Below are positions 10,619 to 22,624 of a DNA stretch of 64,000 nucleotides, one piece after another. The DNA is taken from contig CAMVPB010000003.1 in assembly GCA_947169285.1 (NCBI GenBank), positions 7,867 to 71,866 of the forward strand, read 5' to 3'. Numbering within the stretch: the stretch's first letter is position 1; each line of letters begins with the position of its first letter. The DNA comes from an uncultured bacterium. GTDB lineage: Bacteria; Bacillota_I; Bacilli_A; RF39; UBA660. A program made the translations under genes and the position numbers. The notes under the pieces were generated by a model. That model was given only the letters and a program-made list of their open reading frames with translations. It was not told where the DNA came from and made no database searches.

Positions 10619-11587
10619 TTACTTCTCTATTAAAAATTTAAGCATTTCTTCTTTTTCTTTTTTGCCTATTATAATATTATATATTAAATTTATTATAGGC
10701 ATTTTAACTTTTTTCTTTTTAACTAATTTATGTATTGATTTTAATGTATACATTCCTTCAACTGTAGTACTTTCTAAATATTTATCTATTTCTTTTTGAG
10801 AAGCTCCTTCGCCTATTAAATAACCAAAACTATAGTTTCTTGATTTAGTTGATGTACAAGTCATAAGAATATCCCCGAATCCAGCAAAAGATAAAATACT
10901 TTTCTTTTTACCTCCCAAATACTTAATTAATTCTTTTATATCATTCATACTCTCTGTTAAAAATAAAGCTCTTGTTGAATCAGTAACACTCATACCACTA
11001 AGCATTCCAGATGCAATTGCCATAACATTTTTAATGCTTCCACATATTTCAATTCCTCTAACATCTTTAGTTGTTCTAAATTTAGTTGTTTTGTTTTCAA
11101 AACAAGATCTGACAATTTTATCAACTTTTTTAGATTTAGTTGCTAAAGAAAACCCTATACAAGAATCTTTTACTATATCTTCAGCAAAAGTTGGACCAGA
11201 TATTACACCAAATTCATTCTTTAAATATAATTTAAATATTTCATCTAAAAATAAGCATTTATTTTGTTCAATACCTTTAGTTGCAATTAATACAACTGAT
11301 TTTTTATTAATATATGTCTTTAAATTCTTAATAGTTTCCTCAAAAGCAAAAGCTGGAACTGCAATAATCACTAAATCAGAACCATTTACGCATTCTTCCA
11401 TATTACTAGTAATATTAACTTCACCATTTAAGGTATAATCTTTTAATTTAGGACTCTTTCTAGTCTTAATTAAACTATTACACTCTTCTTCATTATATGT
11501 CCAAGAGCAAACATTTACTTTATTATTAACTAATATATGTCTTAAAGCAAGACCATATGCTCCACTACCAAGTATACTAACTTTCAT
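10619..11587 (-). CDS. gpsA: NAD(P)H-dependent glycerol-3-phosphate dehydrogenase
   Basis: N-terminal Rossmann motif (KVSILGSGAYGLAL) and GpsA-like overall layout; about 320 aa. Confidence 0.8.
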   Translation of the reverse strand: MKVSILGSGAYGLALRHILVNNKVNVCSWTYNEEECNSLIKTRKSPKLKDYTLNGEVNITSNMEECVNGSDLVIIAVPAFAFEETIKNLKTYINKKSVVLIATKGIEQNKCLFLDEIFKLYLKNEFGVISGPTFAEDIVKDSCIGFSLATKSKKVDKIVRSCFENKTTKFRTTKDVRGIEICGSIKNVMAIASGMLSGMSVTDSTRALFLTESMNDIKELIKYLGGKKKSILSFAGFGDILMTCTSTKSRNYSFGYLIGEGASQKEIDKYLESTTVEGMYTLKSIHKLVKKKKVKMPIINLIYNIIIGKKEKEEMLKFLIEK

Positions 11588-11675
11588 ATATCCTCCTAAC
11601 ACCGTGTATATTGATTATATCAAAATTTGTACAAAATAAAAAGGCAAGTTTTTTTGCCTTAATTCTTAATATAAT

Positions 11676-12380
11676 TTATTTATCTTCATAATCATCTATC
11701 TTTAATTTTAATGATTGAATTTCAACAAAATTAATGCCATTCATTAAATCTATATATCCATATCTACAATTATATGTGCCATCGTTCAATCTTTCACCAT
11801 TATATTCAACATAGTATAATCTATTATTGACAATTATTGGTTTAGTTGGCAATAAAGCGTTTTCCACAAAAACTCTTGAAGTTGCCTTAGTCGATAAAAC
11901 CTCCCTACCTTCACTGTAAATCCTTAAAGCTGCAACATAATCATGTTCACTTATTGTTACATAATAATTACCAATTTTATAAAGATTAATTTTAGAAGTT
12001 CTATCATTATAGTCAGTAGTATTTATAGAAACTTCATTATTTATTGTTAATTTTATTAAATTACATTTTGATTCATAATTTTCACAATCATACTTATATA
12101 AATTTCCATCTTTGTTGTAAGTCAAATTCTTAAAATTTTCATTTACTTTTCCTTCTGGTAATAATTCTAGTAAGTCATTTAATAAAAATTCCGCCCCACC
12201 ATTTTGTGGAAATTTTAATATTTCAGCAGTTGTAGGTTGATCAACTGAATTATCAGGTGTACTTGGTTTCTCTTCTCCTTTAAAATGATTTACTCCAAAC
12301 CACACACCAAAACCCACTAAACATGTTCCAACTATTGTTAACAATATAATTACTATAGTTGGCATTCTTTTTTCTTCCAT
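11676..12380 (-). CDS. N-terminally membrane-anchored extracytoplasmic protein, paralog 1 of the gene at 23413..24114
   Basis: N-terminus MEEKRMPTIVIILLTIVGTCLVGFGVWFGVNHFKGEEKP is about 70% identical to the N-terminus of the 23413..24114 product; the remainder has diverged. Confidence 0.6.
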   Translation of the reverse strand: MEEKRMPTIVIILLTIVGTCLVGFGVWFGVNHFKGEEKPSTPDNSVDQPTTAEILKFPQNGGAEFLLNDLLELLPEGKVNENFKNLTYNKDGNLYKYDCENYESKCNLIKLTINNEVSINTTDYNDRTSKINLYKIGNYYVTISEHDYVAALRIYSEGREVLSTKATSRVFVENALLPTKPIIVNNRLYYVEYNGERLNDGTYNCRYGYIDLMNGINFVEIQSLKLKIDDYEDK

Positions 12381-12602
12381 ATTTATACCTCTTTTCTATT
12401 ATCTAATATACCACATTTATTATTATTATATTTTACACACTTTACATTTACAGTGTAGAATATTAAATTTAGTATATATTTAATATTTAATAATTTATAA
12501 TTTAAAAACACATATAATAGAAATTAAATTATATGTGTTTTATATACTTATAAATCTTAAAAGAACTCATTTGCATCACTAGACTCACTATGTTAATATG
12601 TC

Positions 12603-12681
12603 TTTGACGTGCTTAAAAAGTGTTAGAGCCCAAATTCATTTGGAATGCATCTAATATCTTTAGAGCACGTCCTTTTTTATT
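12603..12681 (+). ncRNA. Copy 1 of a structured repeat element, the ORF-less variant; predicted about 80-nt RNA with paired 5' and 3' ends and a T-run
   Basis: Upstream TTGCAT-17-TAATAT promoter. The 5' arm gacgtgct pairs with the 3' arm agcacgtc, followed by a T6 run. A convergent minus-strand extended -10 (TGATAAAAT) lies at about 12708..12716. Confidence 0.45.
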
Positions 12682-12721
12682 ATATGAAGTTCCCTTCATC
12701 TATATACATTTTATCAAATAT

Positions 12722-12750
12722 AAAATAAAAAGACAAGTTATTAACTTGTC
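12722..12750 (-). terminator. Rho-independent terminator of rpoC
   Basis: The minus-strand hairpin gacaagttaataacttgtc plus a T-run sits immediately after the rpoC stop codon. Confidence 0.6.
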
Positions 12751-15700
12751 TTATTTATCCATTATAAATGTTTCTTCTAATGCTTCAGCAGCGTCTTCAC
12801 TAATTAGTTCTTTTGAAAGTTCTAATTCAATATCTGAATACTCTCTAGCACCAGTTCCTGCAGGTATTAATTTACCTAGAATAACATTTTCTTTTAATCC
12901 TCTTAAGTGATCAACTTTTCCTCTTATAGATGCATCTGTTAAGATTCTTGTAGTTTCTTGGAATGATGCAGCTGATAAGAATGAATCAGTTTCTAGAGAT
13001 GCCTTAGTAATACCAAGTAATACTGGTTTACCAGTAGCAGGTACTCCACCACTTATGATTATTGGTTTATTAACCTCACCAAATTCTTTTATTGATACAG
13101 CAGTTCCTTCTATAAATGAAGTATCTCCTGGATCAACTATTTTCATCTTAGGTATCATTCTCTTAACAACAACTTCAACGTGTTTATCAGACATATCAAC
13201 ACCTTGAGATTTATAAACTTTTTGAATTTCTTTTAAGATATACTCTTGAACAGTAATTGGATCTGTTACAGCAAGTAATTCTTTTGGAGCAATTGCACCT
13301 TCTGTTAAAGGTTGTCCTGCTTCTACTTCTTGTTTTAGTTCAACAGCAAGTTTTGAATTATACATTGTTATATGTTCTCTAACTTCAACATCATTAGTAA
13401 CATAAATCTTATATTTTCCTTTATCTCCTTCTGATATTTTAGTAACTTTTCCACTAATTTCAGCAATCGTAGCTTTTACTTTTGGACTTCTTGCTTCAAA
13501 TAGTTCCTCAACTCTTGGAAGACCTTGAGTGATATCACCAGCACCTGCAACACCACCTGTATGGAATGTTCTCATGGTTAACTGTGTACCAGGTTCACCG
13601 ATTGATTGAGCAGCCATAATACCAATAGCTTCACCAACTTCAACAGTTGAACCAGTTGCAAGATTTCTACCATAACACTTACAACATACTCCATTTTCTG
13701 TTTTACATGTAAGTACACTTCTAATTTCAACTGATTTAATACCAGCTTTTTCAATTTTATCTGCTATATTTTCAGTAATTAACTCACCTTTTTCAAGTAT
13801 AACTTCTTTAGTTTCAGGATTAATAATCTTTTGATTAGAATATCTACCTATTATTCTTTCTGATAAACTTTCAAGAACTGATCCACTTTTTTCATCAACA
13901 AATGCAGATACTTCTACACCTTGAATAGTTCCACAATCTTCTTCTCTTACAATTACATCTTGTACAACATCTACAAGTCTACGTGTTAAATAACCAGCAT
14001 CTGCAGTACGAAGTGCTGTATCAGCTGTACCTTTTCTTGAACCATGTGTAGAAAGGAAGAATTCTTGTACGTCTAGTCCATCTTTAAATGAAGCTAAGAT
14101 TGGAATTTCCACACTAGAGTTATCTGTTTTTGACATAATACCACGCATACCAGATAATTGAACTAATTGTGCTTTACTTCCTCTTGCTTTTGAATTAAAG
14201 ATTAAGTTAAGTGGATTATCTAAATCTTTTCCAGCTTTTTCAACTAAATCTGCTTGAACTTTATCTTTAGCATCAAACCATAATTTAACAACTTTATCAT
14301 GTCTTTCACTATCAGTTATTAAACCACGTTTAAATTGTTTATTAATTTGTTCAATTGTTTTATTAGTTTCTTCTATTACTTGCTCTTTAATATCACTATC
14401 AGTTATATCTGAAAGCGAGAATGTTATACCAGCAAGTGTTGAATGTTTAAAACCTAAATTCTTAAGTTTATCAAGCATTACTGAAGTTTCAGTTGTTTTA
14501 TATCTTTTGAATATTTGAGCAATAATCTTCTCTAAATCTCCTTTTTTGAAGGCATCAGTACATGGCATATTTTTAACAGCCTCTACTAAATTAGTTCCTT
14601 TTTCTAAGAAAAATTTATCTGGAGTTAATCTTTCAATATTTTCTTTACTTGGTTCATTTAAGTATGGATATGTATCTGGTAATATTTCATTAAATATAAT
14701 TTTACCAGGAGTAGTAACTAAATACTTCTCTCTTTGTTCATCAGTAAATACTTTATGTTTGAATGTTTTAGCAAGTAAGCATACTCTTGTATGAAGTGTT
14801 AAATCTTTTCTTTCGTAAGCCATTAATACTTCATCAGGACTCTTATATGCATGACCTTCTAAAGGTAATCCTTCTCTTTCCATTGTTAGATAATAGTTAC
14901 CAAGTACCATATCTTGTGATGGAGTAACAATTGGTTTTCCATCTTTTGGACTTAGGATATTATTAGCACCTAACATAAGGATTCTTGCTTCTGCTTGAGC
15001 TTCTTCTGAAAGTGGTACGTGAATAGCCATTTGGTCACCATCAAAGTCTGCGTTAAATGCAGTACACACTAATGGGTGAAGCCTTAATGCTTTACCACCA
15101 ACTAATTTAGGTTCAAATGCTTGAATACCTAATCTATGTAAAGTTGGTGCACGGTTTAACATTACAGGATGTTCTTTAATAACATCTTCTACTATATCCC
15201 AAATTCTTTCATCTTGTGCATCTATTAATTTTTTAGCACCTTTTATATTATGAGCTAAATCTCTTTCAACTATTTCGTGAATTACATGTGGTTTAAATAA
15301 TTCTAGAGCCATTTCTTTTGGAACACCACATTCATGCATTTTTAGATTTGGACCAACTACGATAACACTACGACCAGAATAGTCAACACGTTTACCTAGT
15401 AAGTTTTGTCTAAATCTACCTTGTTTACCTTTTAACATTGAAGATAAACTCTTTAATGCTCTATTTCCTACACCTTGTACACTTCTTCCACGTCTACCAT
15501 TATCAATTAAAGCATCAACTGCTTCTTGAAGCATACGTTTTTCATTTTGTACGATAATTGTAGGAGCTCCTAATTCTAATAATTTCTTTAAACGATTATT
15601 TCTATTAATAATTCTTCTATATAAATCATTTAAATCACTAGTAGCAAATCTTCCACCAGGAAGTTGAATCATAGGTCTAATATCTGGTGGTATTACTGGA

Positions 15701-16389
15701 AGGACATCTAATATCATCCATTCAGGTCTATTACCACTTTCTTTGAATGCATTTAATGTATCTAATCTTTTAACAAGACTAATTTTCTTTTGACCTTGAG
15801 CTTTTTCAAGTTCTTTTTTGATTACTTCAATTTCTTTATCTAAATCAACTTCTGAAAGTAATGTTTTAATAGCTTCAGCTCCCATACCCACTTTAAAGCC
15901 ATTACCATATTTTTCATAGTTTGCTCTATATTCTTTATCAGATAAAATTTGTTTTTTCTCTAATGGTGTAATTCCTGGATCTAATACTACATAACTTACA
16001 AAGTAAATTACTTCTTCTAGATCTCTTGGAGACATACCAAGAACTAAACCAATTTTAGGTGGCACACCTTTTGTATACCAAATATGTGCAACTGGAGAAG
16101 CAAGCTCGATATGACCCATACGTTCTCTACGAACTTTAGAACGAGTTACTTCTACTCCACATCTATCACATATTACATTTTTATATCTAAGTCTTCTATA
16201 TTTCTTACATGAACATTCATAATCTTTAGTTGGACCAAATATTTTTTCACAAAATAGTCCATCTCTTTCAGGTTTTAATGTTCTATAATTTATAGTTTCT
16301 GGTTTTTTAACTTCACCATAAGACCATGATCTAATTTTTTCTGGGGATGCAATTCCTATGCGAATTCCTGCAAAATCATTTACTTCCAT
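12751..16389 (-). CDS. rpoC: DNA-directed RNA polymerase subunit beta'
   Basis: 1212 aa with the NADFDGD catalytic motif and zinc-binding Cys clusters. Confidence 0.97.
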   Translation of the reverse strand: MEVNDFAGIRIGIASPEKIRSWSYGEVKKPETINYRTLKPERDGLFCEKIFGPTKDYECSCKKYRRLRYKNVICDRCGVEVTRSKVRRERMGHIELASPVAHIWYTKGVPPKIGLVLGMSPRDLEEVIYFVSYVVLDPGITPLEKKQILSDKEYRANYEKYGNGFKVGMGAEAIKTLLSEVDLDKEIEVIKKELEKAQGQKKISLVKRLDTLNAFKESGNRPEWMILDVLPVIPPDIRPMIQLPGGRFATSDLNDLYRRIINRNNRLKKLLELGAPTIIVQNEKRMLQEAVDALIDNGRRGRSVQGVGNRALKSLSSMLKGKQGRFRQNLLGKRVDYSGRSVIVVGPNLKMHECGVPKEMALELFKPHVIHEIVERDLAHNIKGAKKLIDAQDERIWDIVEDVIKEHPVMLNRAPTLHRLGIQAFEPKLVGGKALRLHPLVCTAFNADFDGDQMAIHVPLSEEAQAEARILMLGANNILSPKDGKPIVTPSQDMVLGNYYLTMEREGLPLEGHAYKSPDEVLMAYERKDLTLHTRVCLLAKTFKHKVFTDEQREKYLVTTPGKIIFNEILPDTYPYLNEPSKENIERLTPDKFFLEKGTNLVEAVKNMPCTDAFKKGDLEKIIAQIFKRYKTTETSVMLDKLKNLGFKHSTLAGITFSLSDITDSDIKEQVIEETNKTIEQINKQFKRGLITDSERHDKVVKLWFDAKDKVQADLVEKAGKDLDNPLNLIFNSKARGSKAQLVQLSGMRGIMSKTDNSSVEIPILASFKDGLDVQEFFLSTHGSRKGTADTALRTADAGYLTRRLVDVVQDVIVREEDCGTIQGVEVSAFVDEKSGSVLESLSERIIGRYSNQKIINPETKEVILEKGELITENIADKIEKAGIKSVEIRSVLTCKTENGVCCKCYGRNLATGSTVEVGEAIGIMAAQSIGEPGTQLTMRTFHTGGVAGAGDITQGLPRVEELFEARSPKVKATIAEISGKVTKISEGDKGKYKIYVTNDVEVREHITMYNSKLAVELKQEVEAGQPLTEGAIAPKELLAVTDPITVQEYILKEIQKVYKSQGVDMSDKHVEVVVKRMIPKMKIVDPGDTSFIEGTAVSIKEFGEVNKPIIISGGVPATGKPVLLGITKASLETDSFLSAASFQETTRILTDASIRGKVDHLRGLKENVILGKLIPAGTGAREYSDIELELSKELISEDAAEALEETFIMDK

Positions 16390-19300
16390 TATTCTTCACT
16401 CCCCTCTACAAAACTATCTTCTATAGTTCCTGAATTTGCAAATGCTTCAAAATCTTTTTCAATTTCTTCTTCATCTTCATCTTCAAATTCATCTTCTTCA
16501 ATTTCTTCTTCAACTATCTCATCTCCTGGTTCTACAACTGGTTCTGATTCTTTATTTATATCAATTTCATCAATTGTAACAGGAGTATCTAATTTATCTT
16601 CTTCATCTTCAAGTTCTTTAATTTCTTTAGTTTCACCAGATTTAGTTATTACTGAAATATCAAGTCCTAATGCTTGGAATTCTTTAATTAATACTCTAAA
16701 TGATTCTGGAACACCAGCTTGATCAACAGGTTGTCCTTTTACTAATTCTTCATATACTTTAACTCTTCCAAGAACATCATCTGATTTAATTGTTAATATT
16801 TCTTGAAGTACATGAGCAGCACCATAAGCATATAATGCCCAAACTTCCATTTCACCAAATCTCTGTCCACCAAATTGAGCTTTACCACCAAGTGGTTGTT
16901 GTGTAACTAGTGAGTAAGGTCCAGTAGCACGCGCATGTAATTTATCATCAACCATGTGTACTAGTCTTATCATATACATGACACCAACAGCTACTCTCTT
17001 ATCAAATTTTTCACCAGTTCTACCATCATATAAATCCGTCTTATAATCGGCATCCAATCCGGCTTCTTTTGTTATATCTTCTATATCTTTAATAGTTGCA
17101 CTATCAAATACTGGAGTACATATTTTACATCCTAATTTTCTACCAGCATTACCCATATGTAATTCTAGGATTTGTCCTAAATTCATACGAGAAGGAACAC
17201 CTAATGGGTTAAGCATGATATCAACTGGAGTACCATCTGGTAAATATGGCATATCTTCTTCAGGTAATACAAGTGATACAACACCTTTATTACCATGACG
17301 TCCAGCCATCTTATCTCCAACTTGCATTTTTCTCTTCTTAATCAGATATACTCTAACTATTTTAGAAACACCAGCTGGAAGATCATCTGAATTTTCTTTA
17401 GTGAATATTTGAACATCGTGAACTATTCCATCAGATCCATGTGGAACTCTTAAAGAAGTATCTCTAACTTCACGAGTCTTTTCACCAAATATAGCATGTA
17501 ATAATTTTTCTTCACTAGATAATTCTTGTACACCTTTTGGTGTTACTTTACCTACTAAGATATCATTTTCTTTAACTTCTGTACCAATTCTAATAATACC
17601 GTCTTCACCTAAGTTTTTACGAGCTTCTTCACTAACATTAGGAATATCTCTTGTAAATTCTTCAGGCCCAAGTTTAGTATCACGGCACTCTATTTCTTTC
17701 ATTTCAATGTGTACCATTGTAAGTACATCATCTTTAACTATTCTTTCATTAAGTATAACAGCATCCTCATAGTTATAACCATTAAATGTCATAAATGCAA
17801 CAAGTAGGTTACGTCCTAAAGCAAGTTCTCCATTTTCAGTAGATGGTCCATCTGCAAGAACCATATCTTTGTGAACTTCGTCCCCTTTTCTAACAATTGG
17901 ATGTTGGTTGTAACAAGTTTCTGCATTACTTCTTTGATAGCTTATCATATCATATGTGTGCTTATTACCATCTTTAGATTTAACTACTATTTTCTTAGCA
18001 TCAACATAATCAACTATTCCATCTTCTTCTGCTACTACAACAGCACCGGAATCATGAGCAGCCATATATTCAACACCAGTTCCAATAATTGGAGCTTCAG
18101 GTTTTAATAGTGGTACTGCTTGACGTTGCATGTTAGCACCCATAAGTGTTCTATTAGCATCATCATGTTCCATAAATGGAATCATAGATGTTGTTATTGA
18201 TACAATTTGGTTAGGAGAAACATCAATATAATTAACTTTTTCAGTTGGTATAATTAAGTTTTCTCCACCCAATCTTGCAGGTACTTGTTCATCTAGAATT
18301 TTACCTTTAGCATCACAATTAATTGTGGCTTGTGAAATATAGTAATCTTCTTCTTCATCAGCAGTCATATATACTATATCTTTTTGTACAACACCATTTA
18401 CAACTTTTCTATAAGGTGTCATTATAAATCCATATTCATTAACTTTAGCATAACTTGCAAGTGAAGTTATAAGTCCAATATTTTGTCCTTCTGGAGTTTC
18501 AATTGGACAAATTCTTCCATAATGTGATGGGTTAACGTCACGAACTTCCATACCAGCTCTATCTCTAGATAGTCCTCCTGGCCCTAAAGCACTAAGACGT
18601 CTTTTATCGTTTAATTCTGCTACTGGATTTATTTGATCCATGAATTTTGATAATTGAGAACTACCAAAGAATTCTTTTAAAGCAGCAGTTACTGGACGAA
18701 TATTAATTAAACTTTTTGGAGTAACAGCATCTATTTCTTGAGTAGACATTCTTTCACGAATTACTCTTTCCATTCTCTCAATACCAACTTTAAATTGGTT
18801 ACCAATTAATTCTCCACTTTGTCTTACTCTTCTGTTACCTAGATGGTCTATTTCATCTAAATGACCTACACCATATTGTAAATTCAAGTAATAAGAAGTA
18901 GCTGCATATACATCTGATATGGTAAGTCTTCTTTCATTAATAGTTTGATCATTACCTATAACTTTTAATACTTTATTACTTCCATCATTAGCATACACTA
19001 AAACTTCTTGAACTTTATTATATTTATCTAGTTCATCATTAATTTTAACTTCATGGACTCCATAACCATTTTCAAATAATGGTCTTATTGACTCAAGGAT
19101 TTCTTTAGTAATAATAGTTCCTTTTTTAACTACGATATTCTTACCATCTTTAATATCTTGAGCTATCTTATTATTCAATAATCTATCTAATACATTTAAT
19201 TTTCTATTAAATTTATATCTACCTACTTTAGCAAGGTCGTATCTAAATTTATCAAAGAATCTAGTTATTAATTGGTTTTTAGAACTATCAAGAGTTGCTG

Positions 19301-20033
19301 GTTCACCAGGTCTTAATTTTTCATATATTTCAATTAAAGCTTCATCTGTATTACTAGTAGAATCTTTTGCTATTGTATTAGTTATAATTTCATCTTCACC
19401 AAATACTTTAATAATATCTTCATCAGAAGAAAGTCCTAAAGCTCTTAATAAAGTTGTCATTGTAACTTTTCTTGTTCTATCTATTCTTACATGGAAAATA
19501 TTTCTAGCATCTAATTCAAATTCTAGCCATGTTCCTTTATTAGGTATTATTTCACTCTTAATTAATCCTCTACCATTTTTATCTACTTCATTTTTGAAAT
19601 AAATACTTGGAGAACGAACTAATTGAGAGTTAATAACTCTTTCTACACCATTAATAATAAATGAACCAGTTGGTGTCATTAAAGGCATATCACCTAGATA
19701 TACTTCTTGTTCTTTAACTTCACCTGTTTCATTTATGAATAGTCTTGCTTGAACTTTTAGTGGAGCAGCATAACTAACTCTTCTTTCTTTGCTTTCCTTA
19801 ACTGAATATTTAGGCTCATCAAAAGAATAATCACCGAATTCTAGTGATAATGAACCTGAAAAACTTTCAACAGGGAAAACATCATCGAAAACTTCCTTTA
19901 TTCCTTCCTTTAAGAATCTTTCAAAAGAACTCTTTTGAATTTCTAGCAAATTGCTAAGTTCCAACGTGTTACGAGAAGAACCATAATATCTTCTCTCAGT
20001 ATGGTCACCAAATTTTTTTATTTTGTATGCCAC
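16389..20033 (-). CDS. rpoB: DNA-directed RNA polymerase subunit beta
   Basis: 1214 aa, unmistakable RpoB, with the acidic C-terminal tail usual in Firmicutes. Confidence 0.97.
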   Translation of the reverse strand: MAYKIKKFGDHTERRYYGSSRNTLELSNLLEIQKSSFERFLKEGIKEVFDDVFPVESFSGSLSLEFGDYSFDEPKYSVKESKERRVSYAAPLKVQARLFINETGEVKEQEVYLGDMPLMTPTGSFIINGVERVINSQLVRSPSIYFKNEVDKNGRGLIKSEIIPNKGTWLEFELDARNIFHVRIDRTRKVTMTTLLRALGLSSDEDIIKVFGEDEIITNTIAKDSTSNTDEALIEIYEKLRPGEPATLDSSKNQLITRFFDKFRYDLAKVGRYKFNRKLNVLDRLLNNKIAQDIKDGKNIVVKKGTIITKEILESIRPLFENGYGVHEVKINDELDKYNKVQEVLVYANDGSNKVLKVIGNDQTINERRLTISDVYAATSYYLNLQYGVGHLDEIDHLGNRRVRQSGELIGNQFKVGIERMERVIRERMSTQEIDAVTPKSLINIRPVTAALKEFFGSSQLSKFMDQINPVAELNDKRRLSALGPGGLSRDRAGMEVRDVNPSHYGRICPIETPEGQNIGLITSLASYAKVNEYGFIMTPYRKVVNGVVQKDIVYMTADEEEDYYISQATINCDAKGKILDEQVPARLGGENLIIPTEKVNYIDVSPNQIVSITTSMIPFMEHDDANRTLMGANMQRQAVPLLKPEAPIIGTGVEYMAAHDSGAVVVAEEDGIVDYVDAKKIVVKSKDGNKHTYDMISYQRSNAETCYNQHPIVRKGDEVHKDMVLADGPSTENGELALGRNLLVAFMTFNGYNYEDAVILNERIVKDDVLTMVHIEMKEIECRDTKLGPEEFTRDIPNVSEEARKNLGEDGIIRIGTEVKENDILVGKVTPKGVQELSSEEKLLHAIFGEKTREVRDTSLRVPHGSDGIVHDVQIFTKENSDDLPAGVSKIVRVYLIKKRKMQVGDKMAGRHGNKGVVSLVLPEEDMPYLPDGTPVDIMLNPLGVPSRMNLGQILELHMGNAGRKLGCKICTPVFDSATIKDIEDITKEAGLDADYKTDLYDGRTGEKFDKRVAVGVMYMIRLVHMVDDKLHARATGPYSLVTQQPLGGKAQFGGQRFGEMEVWALYAYGAAHVLQEILTIKSDDVLGRVKVYEELVKGQPVDQAGVPESFRVLIKEFQALGLDISVITKSGETKEIKELEDEEDKLDTPVTIDEIDINKESEPVVEPGDEIVEEEIEEDEFEDEDEEEIEKDFEAFANSGTIEDSFVEGSEE

Positions 20034-20138
20034 ATTTTCACCCCAATCCCATAAATTTTTAAAAAAGACACAATAATTTGAAAATCAATATATCGCAATT
20101 TATAATTTTATCAAATGTAAGTAAACAAGTCAATGATT

Positions 20139-20729
20139 TTATTTATTTTTTGCAACAAAAATTATATATCCTTTTTTCTTTTCTTTAATTTCTATATTAT
20201 ATATACTTTCTAACTTCTTCATTATGGTAAGTCCACCTTGATCTTTTCTTATAACATACCATAATTCTCCCTTTTCATTTAAATGCTTTTTTGCGTCTAT
20301 TAAGATTTCTAAAAGTTTATCATTTCCTACCCTTATAGGTGGATTAGTTATAACTATATCGTAAGTATCATTTACTTCACTATAAGCATCTGAATAAAAC
20401 ACATTGTTATTAGACCCAAATTTTTTAATATTCATTTTAGAAAGATGTACACTTCTTTTATTAATATCAATCATATCTACTTTAGAATTTGTTATTGATT
20501 CAATTACTAAACCAATCACTCCATAACCGCAACCAACATCTAATACTTTAAATGATTCATTATGATTATTTAAATATGTTCTTAATAAAAGATCTGTTCC
20601 ATAATCAACTTTGTCTTTAGAGAAAACTCCCAAGTCTGTATAAAATGTAAATTTTTTATCTAAAATATTATAATTTATTTCTTTAATTTTGCTTTCTAAA
20701 TCTTCATTATTAGTGAAATAATGTTCCAT
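20139..20729 (-). CDS. Class I SAM-dependent rRNA methyltransferase, small-MTase domain (RsmC/YbxB-like)
   Basis: VLDVGCGYGVIGL motif I and NPPIRVG motif IV. It lies between rplL and rpoB, like ybxB in B. subtilis. Start chosen at MEHYF after a GGAAGTGA SD. Confidence 0.7.
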   Translation of the reverse strand: MEHYFTNNEDLESKIKEINYNILDKKFTFYTDLGVFSKDKVDYGTDLLLRTYLNNHNESFKVLDVGCGYGVIGLVIESITNSKVDMIDINKRSVHLSKMNIKKFGSNNNVFYSDAYSEVNDTYDIVITNPPIRVGNDKLLEILIDAKKHLNEKGELWYVIRKDQGGLTIMKKLESIYNIEIKEKKKGYIIFVAKNK

Positions 20730-20784
20730 AAAATTCACTTCCTTTATAAACGCAAAAAAGCCTTTTTTCAAAGGCTCATTGTAA

Positions 20785-21153
20785 TTAAGCTAATTCTACT
20801 TCAGCGCCAACTTCTTCAAGTTTTGCTTTTAATTCGTTAGCTTCATCAGCTGAAATATTTTCTTTAATATTTCCTCCAGCATCAGCTAAATCTTTAGCTT
20901 CTTTTAGTCCTAATCCAGTAACTTCTCTAATTACTTTAATAACTTGTAATTTTTGAGCACCAGCATTCTTTAATACAACAGTCTTAGTAGAACTTCCTTC
21001 TTCTTCTGCTGCAGCTGCTGGAGCAGCGGCTACTGCTACTGCGCTTGGATCAACACCAAATTCTTCTTTCATCATATCAACTAATTCTTTAACTTCAAGA
21101 ATAGTTTTTTCTTTTAATGCTGCGATAATGTCTTTGTTTTCAATTTTTGCCAT
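20785..21153 (-). CDS. rplL: 50S ribosomal protein L7/L12
   Basis: 122 aa; Ala-rich hinge and conserved C-terminal domain ([10 protein letters not shown]...[20 protein letters not shown]). Confidence 0.95.
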   Translation of the reverse strand: MAKIENKDIIAALKEKTILEVKELVDMMKEEFGVDPSAVAVAAAPAAAAEEEGSSTKTVVLKNAGAQKLQVIKVIREVTGLGLKEAKDLADAGGNIKENISADEANELKAKLEEVGAEVELA

Positions 21154-21656
21154 TATTCATTTCCTCCTTTTTCTAACTTTTCAGCATATAAGTTAAGCCC
21201 AATACTTAAATTTCTTAAGTGTTCAATTAAACCACCAGCAAACATTGTAAGTAATCCTTCCATTGATGGTATTTCTGCATATTTCTTAATTACATTAACA
21301 TCAACAACTTCTTGGTCTATATATCCAGCTCTAATTTCTAGTGCAGGATGTTCTTTAGCGAACTTACTTACTACTTTAATAGGTTCAATAATATCACTTG
21401 AGAATAAGTATGCATTAGGTCCTTCCATAAAGTCATCTAATTTAATGTTTTTATCTTTTAAAGCTAAATTCATTAAAGTGTTTTTATAAACTTTTATGTC
21501 AGATCCCATTTCTCTTAAACTTCTTCTTAGTTCTGTAATCTCTGAAACACTAAGTCCACGATAATCTATTAACAAGAATGTTTTAGCATTATCTAACTTA
21601 TTTTTAATTTCTTCAACAACAGCTTTCTTTTGTTCAAGAATTCTTTCGCTTGCCAT
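21153..21656 (-). CDS. rplJ: 50S ribosomal protein L10
   Basis: 167 aa; L10 family; it is followed by rplL. Confidence 0.9.
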   Translation of the reverse strand: MASERILEQKKAVVEEIKNKLDNAKTFLLIDYRGLSVSEITELRRSLREMGSDIKVYKNTLMNLALKDKNIKLDDFMEGPNAYLFSSDIIEPIKVVSKFAKEHPALEIRAGYIDQEVVDVNVIKKYAEIPSMEGLLTMFAGGLIEHLRNLSIGLNLYAEKLEKGGNE

Positions 21657-21659
21657 ATA

Positions 21660-21800
21660 TATCCTCCTTTTTTGATTAATAAAGAAAAAGCTTTCCCAAG
21701 GGAAAGCTTATAAACGTTCTATAAGATTTCACCTCGGTAGGATTTATGTTTGTACCTACTGTCTTTGGGGACTTCTTTTCTTCATCGCTTTAGATTATAT
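21660..21800 (-). promoter_or_regulatory. Putative L10 (rplJ) leader autoregulatory RNA region
   Basis: Structured 5' UTR upstream of rplJ. It is locally GC-richer, with stems such as gctttcccttgggaaagc. The position matches the Firmicute L10 leader, but the structure was not verified. Confidence 0.35.
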
Positions 21801-21884
21801 AATATTAATTTATATTTTTCAATACTTTTTATTAATTTTATTAAAAAAGTAATTATCTTATGACAATTACTTTTATTTTATTAA

Positions 21885-22574
21885 TTAAAATTCATTAACA
21901 TCAATTTTTAAACCTGGACTCATTGTTGAAGAAATACTTATATTCTTAATAAATGTTCCTTTAACACCATTTGGTTTATTCTTAATTATTTCTTTAACGA
22001 TTGCATTTAAGTTTTCTTTTAATGCATCTTCTTTAAATGATAATTTACCAAATATTGCATGAACATTTCCATAAGAATCATTCTTATATTCAACTTGACC
22101 TTTTTTGATGTTTTCAATTGCAGTTTTTACATTAGTTGTAACAGTTCCAAGTTTAGGGTTAGGCATTAAACCTTTAGGTCCTAAAATCTTACCTATTTTT
22201 CCTAATGGAGCCATCATATCAGGAGTAGCTACGATTACATCAAAATCAAACCAATTTTCTTTTTCAATTTTTTCAATCATATCCATATCTCCTATATAAT
22301 CAGCACCAGCTTCTTTAGCATCTTTAGCTGCCATTTTAGTAACAACTAAGATTCTCTTAGATTTACCAGTACCATTAGGTAATACAACTGAATTTCTAAC
22401 ATTCATATCTGTTTTCTTAGCATCTATATTCAATTTAAGAGCTACTTCAACAGTTTCATCAAAATTTCTTTTCTTCAAACTTTTTAAAGTTTTTAACGCT
22501 TCATCAACTGAATAAACTTTTGATTTATCAACTAATTTTGAAGCTTCCACATAATTTTTACCATGTTTCTTCAT
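21885..22574 (-). CDS. rplA: 50S ribosomal protein L1
   Basis: 229 aa; L1 family. Confidence 0.93.
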   Translation of the reverse strand: MKKHGKNYVEASKLVDKSKVYSVDEALKTLKSLKKRNFDETVEVALKLNIDAKKTDMNVRNSVVLPNGTGKSKRILVVTKMAAKDAKEAGADYIGDMDMIEKIEKENWFDFDVIVATPDMMAPLGKIGKILGPKGLMPNPKLGTVTTNVKTAIENIKKGQVEYKNDSYGNVHAIFGKLSFKEDALKENLNAIVKEIIKNKPNGVKGTFIKNISISSTMSPGLKIDVNEF

Positions 22575-22624
22575 AATACCCTCCTTCTGTGGTTTGGATT
22601 ATATTTTTACTCGACTTTATATTT

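Noticed and set aside
12640-12723. Possible 27-aa ORF (MHLISLEHV...) within ORF-less copy 1.
   Set aside because: It has no SD. The corresponding frame in copies 2 and 3 terminates after 13 aa, so it is not conserved as coding.
12620-12910. 96-aa plus-strand ORF spanning the module and the 3' end of rpoC.
   Set aside because: It overlaps the rpoC terminator and coding region on the opposite strand. It has no SD and is not conserved in the other module copies.
14546-14794. Plus-strand 82-aa ORF inside rpoC; similarly 17871..18107 inside rpoB, 3395..3655 and 4244..4426 inside rnj, and 11034..11438 inside gpsA.
   Set aside because: They lie antisense within highly conserved essential genes. 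They have no SD and AT-rich, low-complexity translations. These are typical spurious ORFs.
16389-16700. Long acidic C-terminal tail of RpoB as a possible anomaly.
   Set aside because: Firmicute RpoB, for example B. subtilis, also carries an acidic C-terminal extension, so this is not unusual.
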